Part shown: in pieces, positions 32,776 to 43,406 of the stretch
Layout: every line of letters starts with the position of its first letter
Position numbering within the stretch: the first letter of the stretch is position 1
NCBI GenBank assembly: GCA_023334545.1
Contig: JAADVB010000066.1
Coordinates: 1-64,000, forward strand
Origin: Salisapilia sapeloensis CBS 127946
Lineage: Eukaryota; Protista; Oomycota
Length of the DNA: 64,000 nt
Direction of reading: 5' to 3'
Position numbers and translations under genes: made by a program
The notes under the pieces: model-generated
Told to the model about the DNA's origin: nothing
Seen by the model: only the letters and a program-made list of their open reading frames with translations
Databases searched by the model: none

Positions 32776-33564
32776 TCACTTCTTCAGAGGGAACGTAAAG
32801 TCATACGGGCAAATGTGGAGTAAGGCATTCTCAGCCGACGGGTACATTGGATACATGCAGTCGTCATCATCGTATGTTAGTCGATCGCAACTCGCTCCGA
32901 CGTATGTATTCGGATAAGAGGTCAAGAGACCTCTGAAGTCACTGTCACCAGCAGTCATTTCGAGGACCGAGGCCGTCCACTTTGAGTTGACAGTAAGTCT
33001 GTAATTTCCATACGGGGCATGCAGACCGTTGCAAGCATAAGGGGATCGCGTATCTGGAAGTGTGCTCACCACTTCAGCTTTTGCCTCCTCGAATGACATC
33101 GGGTAACGACCGACAGCGAGCTTATAGACACCTGGTTCAAGTGAAACCGAGAGGTAAGAGTCCAAGCCTGAAACAGATCCGTCCGCTCCACCATTCTCTG
33201 TCTCCTCTAAATCCACATCATCGTTCCAATCCACGAGAATGAGCTCATCGTTCGCTCCTTTACGCATGAGATAGATTTGCGTGTCAATGTAGGACGAATC
33301 GCAGTCTTCGTTGACATCAGTAAAGGTCAATTTGCCTTGCTCTTCCGCAGAAAGGAGATCAAATTCCACATCGAGCTTCCCTTCCGGTTCACTATAAACA
33401 GACCATGGAACGAAGAGCGTGTACGTGTCCACACTTATGCTATCCTCTTTCCTGTAAATGGATCCACTCACAACTTCTTTGACTAGTTGTCGGCTTTCAC
33501 TGGAAGCTTGAGCCATGGCTGAAATCGCCGCAAGTAAGGCGCAGATAATCTTGGAGTTGAGCAT
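32776..33564 (-). CDS. Secreted protein with a PPC/DVUA0089-like beta-sandwich domain
   Basis: Signal peptide MLNSKIICALLAAISAMAQA; 'IDTQIYL…LVDWNDD…LDSYLSVSLEPGVYKLAVG' matches the bacterial pre-peptidase C-terminal (PPC) pattern. Confidence 0.7.
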   Translation of the reverse strand: MLNSKIICALLAAISAMAQASSESRQLVKEVVSGSIYRKEDSISVDTYTLFVPWSVYSEPEGKLDVEFDLLSAEEQGKLTFTDVNEDCDSSYIDTQIYLMRKGANDELILVDWNDDVDLEETENGGADGSVSGLDSYLSVSLEPGVYKLAVGRYPMSFEEAKAEVVSTLPDTRSPYACNGLHAPYGNYRLTVNSKWTASVLEMTAGDSDFRGLLTSYPNTYVGASCDRLTYDDDDCMYPMYPSAENALLHICPYDFTFPLKK

Positions 33565-34269
33565 CTTGCCGCTGTGCTCGCTTGAGATAAATTTGATTGT
33601 GGCAACTGTAGGTTTCCGAAAGATTGTCAAGTAGTTGGATGAAATCCAAGTACAGTCGTTATAAAAATCTGGAAACCTTGGGACAATGCAGACTTCAGCA
33701 CATTCTGCGTTTCAATGTATTTTAGTTCTGTATGCCCAACATGGGATAGAGAGGTTTGATCGTCCGTTTCGTGAAAATGATAAGGAAAGAAGTACAAGTC
33801 GTTTCTTGCATGAGTATCAATCAGACGTTGGAGTATCTAGCTTCTTTCATTCCTACCATTCGATCGTATTTACTACAAAGGTCGGAAATGTACAATGATC
33901 TACCCTCTTGCTTCGATCTTTTTCATAGTCGCTTTACCTCTCCTCAGCGCTAGCTATAAACTATGGTGACACCACCTATCGACTCGACAGTCTAATCCAA
34001 CGTGCATTTATCCTTCTTTGACTGGCATTGACGACGCCAAACCTGAATACTTTGACGTGTACTTGGCATAGTAGCTATATTGGGTGAAATGATCTTTAAT
34101 CAAGCTTTTTTAATGGTGCTCACAAGTACACTAGAGCATTTCAACGAACCCTCAAGCATTAAACGCATCCTCTGATTTTTCCTGTCTTGCATGGTAACCT
34201 CTGCAGTAGAAGGTAAGATGATCAAAGTCTAGAGTAGCCATGAAATAGAGGTATGTGTATTCCTGATCC

Positions 34270-34821
34270 TTAATTGCCTAGCAAGTCGAAATCGTCCAGC
34301 TTATCGTTATAGCGCATGATCGTGCGCTTGATCTTAGAGCTATCGACCCACGTGACAAAGTCTTCCATACTACGAGTGACTAGAAAGGCAGGGTCCGACA
34401 CTGCCGTCGGGCCAACACGGACATGCCCCTGTTCCACAAACGTCGTCGCTTCCTTGATCGTCTCGGCCATTTTGCAGCGCACCATGACCACTGGCAAACG
34501 GCGTCGGCAGAACGCTGCGACACTGAGCTGTTCAGCCTTGAGCAGACTTTTGCTCGTGTTAATGAGACCCATATTATAAAGCTTTGTCAGCAGCGCCTCT
34601 GTAGTCTTTATCCGGTACGGATCATCCGCTGGACGCTTCTTGAGACGCGCCACGACCTTCATGACGGAACCTACGAGTCGACTATACTTTTGATACTCCT
34701 CTCGATCCGGCAGTCGATAGCGCCGGATGATCTTAATCTCCCGTATATTCCGTTCATTCTTCCAATCGAGAAAGTCTACTTTCTTGAGTAACTTCTTCTC
34801 GTGGTACTTTAACTGGCGCAT
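34270..34821 (-). CDS. IMP3: U3 snoRNP protein IMP3 (S4 RNA-binding domain)
   Basis: MRQLKYHEKKLLKKVDF…FCRRRLPVVM…FVEQGHVRVGP…DPAFLVTRSMEDFVTWVDSSKIK…DDFDLL. Confidence 0.96.
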   Translation of the reverse strand: MRQLKYHEKKLLKKVDFLDWKNERNIREIKIIRRYRLPDREEYQKYSRLVGSVMKVVARLKKRPADDPYRIKTTEALLTKLYNMGLINTSKSLLKAEQLSVAAFCRRRLPVVMVRCKMAETIKEATTFVEQGHVRVGPTAVSDPAFLVTRSMEDFVTWVDSSKIKRTIMRYNDKLDDFDLLGN

Positions 34822-34980
34822 GCTCCTTTAGACACCTAGAAGAGTACGCCGAAATGCGCCTGCTCCACTCCTTCATCTAGCAACCTTTCCATCTGTTACA
34901 CATACAACGTTGCAACATCAAGGTATCCACGACAGCCACCAAAGGTCCATTCGCCCATTTTCGTGGAGTACAAGTCGAGT

Positions 34981-36363
34981 ATGGCCGGAGGCGAAGGTTT
35001 AAAGAAGAAGAAGCGCAAGGTCGAAAGTCAGTCGGATGACGGACGTGACCTCATTGCTCCTCAAGATGCGACACCAAAGTTGGACGCGTCCAAGTGGCCG
35101 CTATTGCTACGTAATTATCACCTTTTGAATGTCCGAACGGGTCATTACACGCCAATTGCATGCTCCTCTTCGCCATTGAAGCGCAACATCTCGGACTATG
35201 TCCGATACGGTGTCATCAACCTTGACAAACCTGCCAATCCGTCTTCCCACGAAGTCGTGGCATGGATCCGTCGCATGCTTCGCGTCGATAAGACTGGTCA
35301 CTCGGGTACGTTGGACCCGAAAGTCACTGGCTGCCTCATCGTCTGCATCGATCGTGCCACGAGACTCGTGAAGGCGCAGCAAGGAGCTGGTAAGGAGTAC
35401 GTGGCTGTCGTCCGTCTCCACGGTGCGTTGGAATCGCAGCAGCAGCTCGCGCGGTCGATTGAAACTCTGACCGGCGCGCTGTTCCAGCGTCCTCCTCTGA
35501 TCTCGGCTGTCAAACGTCAGCTACGTATTCGTACGATCTACGAAAGCAAGCTTCTTGAATTCGATCAGGAACGCAATCTCGGTATCTTCTGGGTCTCGTG
35601 CGAAGCTGGTACGTACATTCGTACCTTGTGCGTCCACTTGGGCCTCGTCGCGGGCGTTGGTGGCCACATGCAAGAACTCCGTCGTGTCCGATCGGGTGTC
35701 TTGGGCGAATCAGACTCTCTCGTGACCATGCACGACGTCCTCGATGCACAGTACCAGTACGACACGTACAAGGACGAATCGTACCTCCGTCGTGTCATTC
35801 GACCGCTAGAAGTCCTCTTGACGACCTACAAGCGTGTCGTCGTCAAGGACAGTAGTGTCAACGCCATCTGCTACGGTGCTAAGTTCATGGTGCCAGGTCT
35901 CTTGCGCTTTGCCGACGACATTGACATTGGCGAAGAAGTCGTCTTGATGACGACGAAGGGCGAAGCTGTGGCCATTGGTATCGCTCAGATGACCACGAGT
36001 GTCATGGCGACGTGCGACCATGGCGTCGTGGCCAAGATCAAACGTGTCATTATGGAGCGAGACACGTACCCTCGCCGATGGGGCCTAGGCCCGATGGCAC
36101 AACGCGTCAAGGGTCTTGTGAAGGACGGCAAGATCGGCAAGTACGGCCAAGTGAACGACAGCACGCCGTCTGACGTGGCCAACTTGTACTCTGACGCTCC
36201 CTCCAAGCCGCTTGTGGAGGAAGTGCAGGTGACGGAGACGATTGAGACGACGGAAGAGCCGGATGAGGATGAGGACGAGAAGCCCAAGAAGAAGAAGAAA
36301 CATAAACGTGATAAAGGTGACTCGCCGAAGAAGAAGAAGAAGAAGAAGAGTAAGAGCGATTAA
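34981..36363 (+). CDS. CBF5: H/ACA RNP pseudouridine synthase CBF5/dyskerin
   Basis: '[16 protein letters not shown]', '[12 protein letters not shown]', '[15 protein letters not shown]', PUA domain and Lys-rich tail. Confidence 0.97.
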   Translation: MAGGEGLKKKKRKVESQSDDGRDLIAPQDATPKLDASKWPLLLRNYHLLNVRTGHYTPIACSSSPLKRNISDYVRYGVINLDKPANPSSHEVVAWIRRMLRVDKTGHSGTLDPKVTGCLIVCIDRATRLVKAQQGAGKEYVAVVRLHGALESQQQLARSIETLTGALFQRPPLISAVKRQLRIRTIYESKLLEFDQERNLGIFWVSCEAGTYIRTLCVHLGLVAGVGGHMQELRRVRSGVLGESDSLVTMHDVLDAQYQYDTYKDESYLRRVIRPLEVLLTTYKRVVVKDSSVNAICYGAKFMVPGLLRFADDIDIGEEVVLMTTKGEAVAIGIAQMTTSVMATCDHGVVAKIKRVIMERDTYPRRWGLGPMAQRVKGLVKDGKIGKYGQVNDSTPSDVANLYSDAPSKPLVEEVQVTETIETTEEPDEDEDEKPKKKKKHKRDKGDSPKKKKKKKSKSD

Positions 36364-36423
36364 TTTCCATCCATTTGATCGAAACCATGTTTTTTGCTTG
36401 TTTTTTCTTTCTATTGCTGCCAC

Positions 36424-37650
36424 TTATTCGTAGTCAAAGTCATCATCCATGTCGAAATCATCCTCTTCTTCCACGCCATCGTTCGCAGCAATCTCCGCTT
36501 CCGTGCGTGCAATCTCTTCATCCATAATCGCACGCCATTGCGTCGGCGTCGGCTCCGGGTATCGAGACAAGTACGGCAGCAAAGCCATTTGACGACTGAT
36601 CTTGATCGCTCGCGTCACCTCTCGCTGCTCTTTCGCGGAGAGACCAGTGAAGCGACGAGGTTTAATACGACCAGTGGGTCCAAGGAAGAGACGGAGGAGC
36701 TCGACGTCCATGGCGAGCTCGACAACATCCGAATGCGTGGAGCGAGCGTAGTACTTGCCAGGCTTGCCCTTGGTCGGACGCATCGGTTCGCGCTGGTCCT
36801 TTGGTCGCATCCAGTTGAGCATCTCTGGCGTCACGCCCATGCCGCCGTCGATGTTACTGAACGGATCCGGGATGTTGCCATTCTCATTCGCGCTTTCGTC
36901 CGATGCCATGCCCAGGGAAGCATCGTATCCAGGCATTTCCTACTTGATATAAGTATAGGACCATGAAAGAGATGAGGGTGATGCGTACAATGTAGAGACG
37001 GTCGTCTTCCACGCTCTCCGCTCGTCGAGGAGCGTCGACTCCATCGGTAGACAACTCTTCTTCCCACTTGGCAAACTCTGCTTCAAAGTCTTCTTCATCA
37101 AAAACAGCATCTTCATCGGAATCCGAGTCGGAGGAGTCGCTTGTGAGAGCCTCTAGGACCTCTTCCTCCACTTCACTGATCTCACCATCTTCCTCCAACG
37201 TGTCTGGGAAGGCTTCTTGGCTCAAGTACTCGACTTCAGGAGAAAGTTCCAACATGTCTTCTTCATATGGCTCCACTCGATCATGGATCGTCTTCTTCTT
37301 ATCGTCATCTAGTGCCTGGGATTAAGCTATGAGCGATCTAAAGGACGATGAGCATCGTACCTTTGCCAGCCTTTTTCGAGAAGTGGGCTTTCGAGATAGA
37401 CAATAACTGCTGCTCTTTTGTCGAAGATGCCTTGGCTACGATTGCAGGAACATTCGTAGTATGCAAGGCAGCTCTTCGGACTGCTGCAGCCGCTTGTACG
37501 CGACCTAGTCGATTGCCAATTAATATCGATCCAAAGCATATTGAGATACATTCAAAAGGCCAATTGACGTTGCAACACAATTGACTTATAGATGAAGACT
37601 GTACCTGCATTTGAAAGCATGGCCATCGGCCGAATCCATACGCGCACCAT
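36424..37650 (-). CDS. Mitochondrial ribosomal protein S18 (bS18m) with a long acidic N-terminal extension, multi-exon
   Basis: bS18 motif '[46 protein letters not shown]'; Arg/Ala-rich presequence-like first exons; about 3 introns. Confidence 0.8.
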
Positions 37651-37835
37651 GTCTGCTACACCACACTAACGTCGTCCCCTACTTTGTGGTGAGAACCACT
37701 GGCGCAGAATCAGTTCACTTGATGCTTGTATGTGTGACTTGAAACGAGTATAGACCCCACAAAAAGAAAAGAAAAGAGTGTTTTACGAAAGAAAAAGAGA
37801 AATATACGATGCTCCAAGTGGAATGCACTGTCCAG

Positions 37836-39469
37836 TCAATTCGCTGTCACGGCCGACTTGGCCGCCGCCAAGCTCTCTAGTTTCCGCCACTTTTCCTGCT
37901 CCTTCTCCCGCTTCTCCGTCTCCGATTGCTCCTTGGCCGCATACTCCTTGGCGCATTGATCGTACAAGGCCATGTCATAGTCCATGTATAGCTTGAGCAC
38001 ATTCTACCACATACAAAACACACATGAGATCTTCCAAACCTACAACCACATCCAGATACAATGAAAACCTACCTGGGCAAGACCTTCCACCGTCGAATTC
38101 CAATGCCCCAACGAATTGCGGTGCAACGGACCGTAGATCACCGGTAGAATCAGATGCGCGTGCTGTTTACTCAGACATCCGCTATTGACCAAGTGTTCAT
38201 TGTTCCACAAGAACAGTGTCCGTTCGGACACTTGGAAGTGTTCGCTCCCGAGCCACTTGGCGACGCTCTGGAACAAGGGCTTGTGGATCTTGACCAATTG
38301 CTCGTTCCCCATGAGCTCAAGAATCTCTTCTAGCTCGTTCAAAAAGATCACTTGCTTACTCGAACAGCTCCATGGCCAGAACTTGAGCATGTTTTTCAAG
38401 ATCGGCACGGCCGTCTCCTGATCCTTCTCCACGTACTGCGTGATACAGTAAGATAATTGCTGATGGTACATGGCAACGCTTTTCGGTTTATGGAGAGGAA
38501 CGAGCGCACGGACGAGGAACTGCAAGTGCTCTTGCTTGAGCGGAATGGCAAAGCCGTTGATGATACTGCCGAGGATCTCGAGCAGCTCGCCAATGCCATT
38601 GTGACGCTCCGTCTCGTAGACGAAGCGGTAGAAGACGTTGCCGACGGCCTTCCGGATGAATGACCGGTGAGACATGAACTTGCCGTAGATACGGTGCATG
38701 ATCGTCTTCAAGTAGTCTCGCTCGCGTGGATCTTCACTGTCAAAGAGGTCGATGACGGCGAGACAAAACTTTTGATCGACATATTTTTTCGCGACTTTGG
38801 CGTTCACTTCGCTCGAAACGATGAAGCGGAGGAAGAATTCGTACACGACTTGCAGGTGCGGCCATGCAGGTTCCAACACGGGTTCATCTTCTTCCGGATC
38901 AAAATCCTCCGTCTGTGGTGGAAGTGCTCGACAGATATTCGTAGACTACAGACACATAAGTCTTCCTAACAGCTAGAAAACGATATCAGATATACGTACC
39001 ACCATGTTCATAATGTCCGGCATGAGCGCTTCCGTGAAGATTTTCTGTCCACCAGGGTTGTTCACATAATCCACGAGCTCCAGCAACGTCTGACGCTTTA
39101 AGTCTTTCCCACTATGCACTTGGCTTAGGAGGTGACGAGGTAGATGTAGAGTTAGACGAGGTACCGTTTATCGGATGTCGGGTCGTCGAAATTAAAAATG
39201 ACCGAGCACAGTTCGAGCTTTTGTTGGAAGAGAGCCTATGCAAATGTGAATCATCTCGGCTAGAAATAGATAGTCGCATCAGAGTATACTTCACGACGTT
39301 GCATGGGCGTATCTTTCAAGTGCGGCAAGTCTTTGAGAGCCTGCACCTTTTGGTTACGTGCTAGAAAGGAGCGACGGCGTTCACGCTTCGGGAGGGAAAC
39401 GTCAGATCGCGCGACTTCGTTCATTGGAGACGAGCTCCCGCTTTTCCCACTCGAAGTGTTATTCTCCAT
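37836..39469 (-). CDS. PP2A regulatory subunit B' (B56), multi-exon
   Basis: 'LEPAWPHLQVVYEFFLRF', 'LFDSEDPRERDYLKT..HRIYGKF', 'GIGELLEILGSIINGFA', 'LKFWP', 'HFQVSERTL', 'HWN'. Confidence 0.96.
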
Positions 39470-40206
39470 GTCTGCAATCATTTGTATTAGTTTCCGGTAC
39501 GTTACCTAGAATTTCTATCCTATGAAAGAATGAACATACTAGTCTTAGTACCTTTTCTTTTTGTTTAGGTAGTGAACAAGCTATGTGTGTGTTGGAGGTC
39601 GCTGTTGGCAAAAGTCCAGCAAAAATGATCCGGTCTAGAGCAAATCGAATAATGAGTACAATGTACATTTGCATTTAAAGGTTGATGAATTCATTATAAA
39701 ATGCATCAACAATGGCGTCATGTTCGAGCCATGTAGTCGCCTTCCTGTCGTTCATGGTGCTTTCTTTCGTAGCACCAAATTCAACCTTCTCCCGCGAATA
39801 GACGGGAGAAAAAAGCAACGGAAAGGAAATGCAGCAATGAAAAGGTAATGTACCTATGTGATGAGGATCAGAAGACTGCAGTTGAGGGGGCGCCGTGCAC
39901 TATATGACCGATTCGGCGTCGAGTTTCGGACTCCTTCTCCTCCCCTTTTTACCTGGCACAAAAATATCTGGCTTACCTGTGCCGACGTTTTATGAAATAG
40001 TTAGGGACGTTTTATGTTCGGATGGCGCAGGTTTTACTCAACGTTTTTCTCTTCTTCTTTTATAAACTAGTTTTTGATTGGGTAGATAGATTGCGATTTT
40101 CATTGCTTTATGGAGGAATTAGAGACTCATGGTCTGTTTTTATGTTTGAGGGTAGAAACTTCAAGGACGCGTGATTGGTTACATGAAATGGATTAGGAGG
40201 GAATTA

Positions 40207-41692
40207 CAGAGGCAAAGGAGGTGTTTTTGAATATGGGATGGAGATGCTGCGGTGCACACGCGACGGTAAAACGATAACGATGAATTGCTTCGGGTCTTGG
40301 CGAGCACTCTTGTGTCTAAACTTGCCGAAGCTGTTGAACGTACAAAGTCTATTCAATGTCTGATCGGGGCAAATATCCATTCCTTCGGTGAAGGTAATCT
40401 TTAGACGCAAGTGTCGACGCCTGATAAATGGAGGATACTTGAAGGTAAGTAATACAGTTGCATACAACTTCCTTTTCGCGCAAGTGTTCTAAAGGCAGTG
40501 ATCGAGTGCTACTCGAGTGCGCCAGCGAGAGCGAACGCCAGATTTACGCGCTTCCGTATTCCTCCTGCATGGTGTACAGTTCAAACTGACTCGACGAGGG
40601 ACCTCGCGTAGTACAGGCAAAACCGCCGTACTTTCTTTATGCTCAAAGTAGTCTGTCTACATATTTATATAAGATTATAGCCAAATCATGCAAGATCAGA
40701 TGTACCCGATTTCAATATAAATCGAATCCTCTTTTCGTCCTGCTTCCTGACGACGTACCATGCATTCGAGATTGAAATATGACAGAGCTTAAAGCAAGGC
40801 CGATGGATTCTGTTTCAAATGGCGTGCATTGGTTCAACCGAGAAACGATGCGCAAATTGAAACGGTCAACGCTGTTGAGCAGTCTTCTTGACAATGCAAA
40901 GGTCGCATGCAAAGCCTGCATTGCACACATATCTACGAATTGTTTTTGTTCCAGTGATGGCTCGTAATGATTGTAGTTATTTGGATTTGGGCATTGCACG
41001 ATCTTCATGTTGGACGGTATTGCTCGCGCTGTTCCTAGTCTTCAAATATGTGGAAAATTAGCCCAATATCGCTGATTGTGTTGGCCAAAGTGCCATTATT
41101 CCAATTCTCAGCATCCACATGTTTCCATTTCATTATATCGGGGCTGCATTAACTGCAGGGCTGCAACTGCTACATCATCATTTAATTTACGAATGCTTCT
41201 ATACAAATAATGCTTCAATCACTGAGGCTACAAGCTTTCAGCGCGCAACTATATTACAACACTTTTATTAACCTGTCGAATGCAGACAATAACACTCCAT
41301 GATGCCTATTTTGGAAACAATCGTCGATATGCGTCCTGCCGTCGAAAAACATTCCAAGCTACTCCATCGTAAAGCAACTTCAGAATAGAAATATACTTAA
41401 GTGATTACCATTTAAAGCTATCCGGCGATCTGTTTTGGTAGCTGAAAGTGGGATCTTTTTGCACTATGAAAGCATGACGGGATTGAGGTGAGTGGAGGAG
41501 ATTACATGCTCTACAGTGCGTCCATTGCATGTGAAAACGCAATGCTGACATAGAGCACAAGCTCCATATCCTACATGCCCATATGAAACGCAAGTATTCA
41601 ATCTTTTGGATACATTCGATGCTACTATTTTGCTTGCTGACGTCTTTTAGCGCTACGTCAACACTGCTCTTTCCGAAATGGATGGTAATCAT
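40207..41692 (-). CDS. Probable multi-exon hypothetical gene (structure unresolved)
   Basis: Several protein-like open segments (41405-41692, ~41050-41210, 40712-41040, 40204-40467) flanked by GT/AG and CTAAT-like signals; no family recognised. Confidence 0.35.
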
Positions 41693-42004
41693 CCATGTTC
41701 ACCTAACGAATGCCACTACAACTGCCTCAGTCAACTGGTGAAATCTCCAATATGACGACGTCTACTACCCGGATCCACAGAGCGAGTTGTACGGTCGATC
41801 GATCTAAATCTGACTCAACTTCTTGTCAACATCAACGTAGCCATATGTACACAATCGCACTTGATCGGACTGACCGTGCAGCGAAAAATTCTGGACCACA
41901 TCTTCAGAAATAGGAAATTTTGGTGTTTATTCGGATAGCTACAGTCGCTATAGCGGCTAAAAACTAATTAAATGGAAAACATTTCTGCTTCTAGACGTCG
42001 ATTG

Positions 42005-42595
42005 TTACGCTTCATGTTCTTCGAATCGACCGCGCTTTTGCATATAGTCGTGGAAACCCATTGCGCCGAGCAAGAGCACAACGACGGCACCTTGGCCGTA
42101 AATACGAGTGTGCATGATCTTTTGAGAGGTGTTGATTCCCTTGTTCATAGTCTGGTAGGAGAAAATGCCACCGACGAGCGGGACACCGACGTACGCCAAT
42201 GCACGGAACGGGTAGTCGTAGACGTAGTTCGCAGCACGCTCATGCAGCTTGAGGCTGGACTTGACTTTCGTGGAGTCGCCATCGCGGATGGACGCTAGGT
42301 ATTTCTCAGGGTCACGAGCACCGTGCAAAATCCGCTGTTCGGATACGACGGTAAATCCAGCGAGCGCAGCAGACACAACCAATGCGGTTTTGCCACTGAT
42401 GCCAAGGCGTTGACGGAAGGCAGGCCAGTAGTTGTGCGAAGCGAGGACGAATGTGCCCATGATACCACCGCACGTTGCACCCGCCTTGACAGCAGACACA
42501 AGGGCATGGCGCTGGATAATGTCCTTGACTTCCTGGGAGTGCGGGTCCTTGGCAGCCGTTTCGACGACGTCATTGGTAACAATAGTGCTGTTCAT
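42005..42595 (-). CDS. HIG1-domain protein, RCF2-like (mitochondrial respiratory supercomplex factor)
   Basis: C-terminal HIG1 pattern 'SQKIMHTRIYGQGAVVVLL' and an N-terminal TM pair 'LGISGKTALVVSAALAGF..VSEQ'. Confidence 0.85.
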   Translation of the reverse strand: MNSTIVTNDVVETAAKDPHSQEVKDIIQRHALVSAVKAGATCGGIMGTFVLASHNYWPAFRQRLGISGKTALVVSAALAGFTVVSEQRILHGARDPEKYLASIRDGDSTKVKSSLKLHERAANYVYDYPFRALAYVGVPLVGGIFSYQTMNKGINTSQKIMHTRIYGQGAVVVLLLGAMGFHDYMQKRGRFEEHEA

Positions 42596-43406
42596 GGTCT
42601 TCTTGGTATTCGAGTTCTGTCCTTTAGAGCGATTTCGATAATGGCGCTCGAAGGATGATAGCAAAGTATTCGATAAGGTTCGAAGCTCCCGACTAAGAAC
42701 GGATGGAGAATGATAGACACGTGAATTGCAAACAAAGCTGTGATTCGTCTCATGTGCCTGATAGTAAGTTGCGTCGATACATGCAAACGCAATGATTCGA
42801 AAGTAGATGCAGAAGGTCAGACATGGTGGTGATGGGTGGCCATGCCGATCAAGTTCGTGGTCCGCGTTTCCTTGTAACTTGCCATCTTATTTCGCCACAA
42901 ATAGACTGAACGGACGATTGGTTGATAACATTGCAACGAAATGCTGCTACGACGACCCCTTTAACGACTACTTCAACGATTCTTTGTGGGTTTTATATTT
43001 CTAATCTTCACTTTTTTCGGACGAAAAATCTATTTTTTCACGCCAGATACGTTCGTGGGCGCATCATCCTAGATTTCCGCTTACGTGTCCAGATAGAAAG
43101 CCACTGTGACTGTTGTGGCCGGAGTTAACATGTCACGACGTTACATGCGCATGATTTCATATAGACGGTAGACGGAAACTTTGCCTGTCCGAGTGGCCGT
43201 CACCAACTCGTACGCGAGGCTACTTGAAGCCAGTGGAAGTGCCGCCAGAAACCAGGCGTGCGTTCAGCTCCACACGACAGCGCGGTACAGCCAATCATGA
43301 CTATGCGTTTGCTGCGACACCCTCCGAGCACACATCCTGTGCATCAGACCAGCTTCAATCCGGAAATTTCTCTCCGGCGACCACTTACGGACTGCCGGAC
43401 AGCTTC

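Noticed and set aside
39858-39960. Possible C/D snoRNA (GTGATGA box C)
   Set aside because: No CTGA D box or terminal stem at a suitable distance.
39946-39985. TTACCTGG/CTTACCTG resembling the U1 snRNA 5' end
   Set aside because: No U1 stem-loops or Sm site follow; better explained as minus-strand splice donors.
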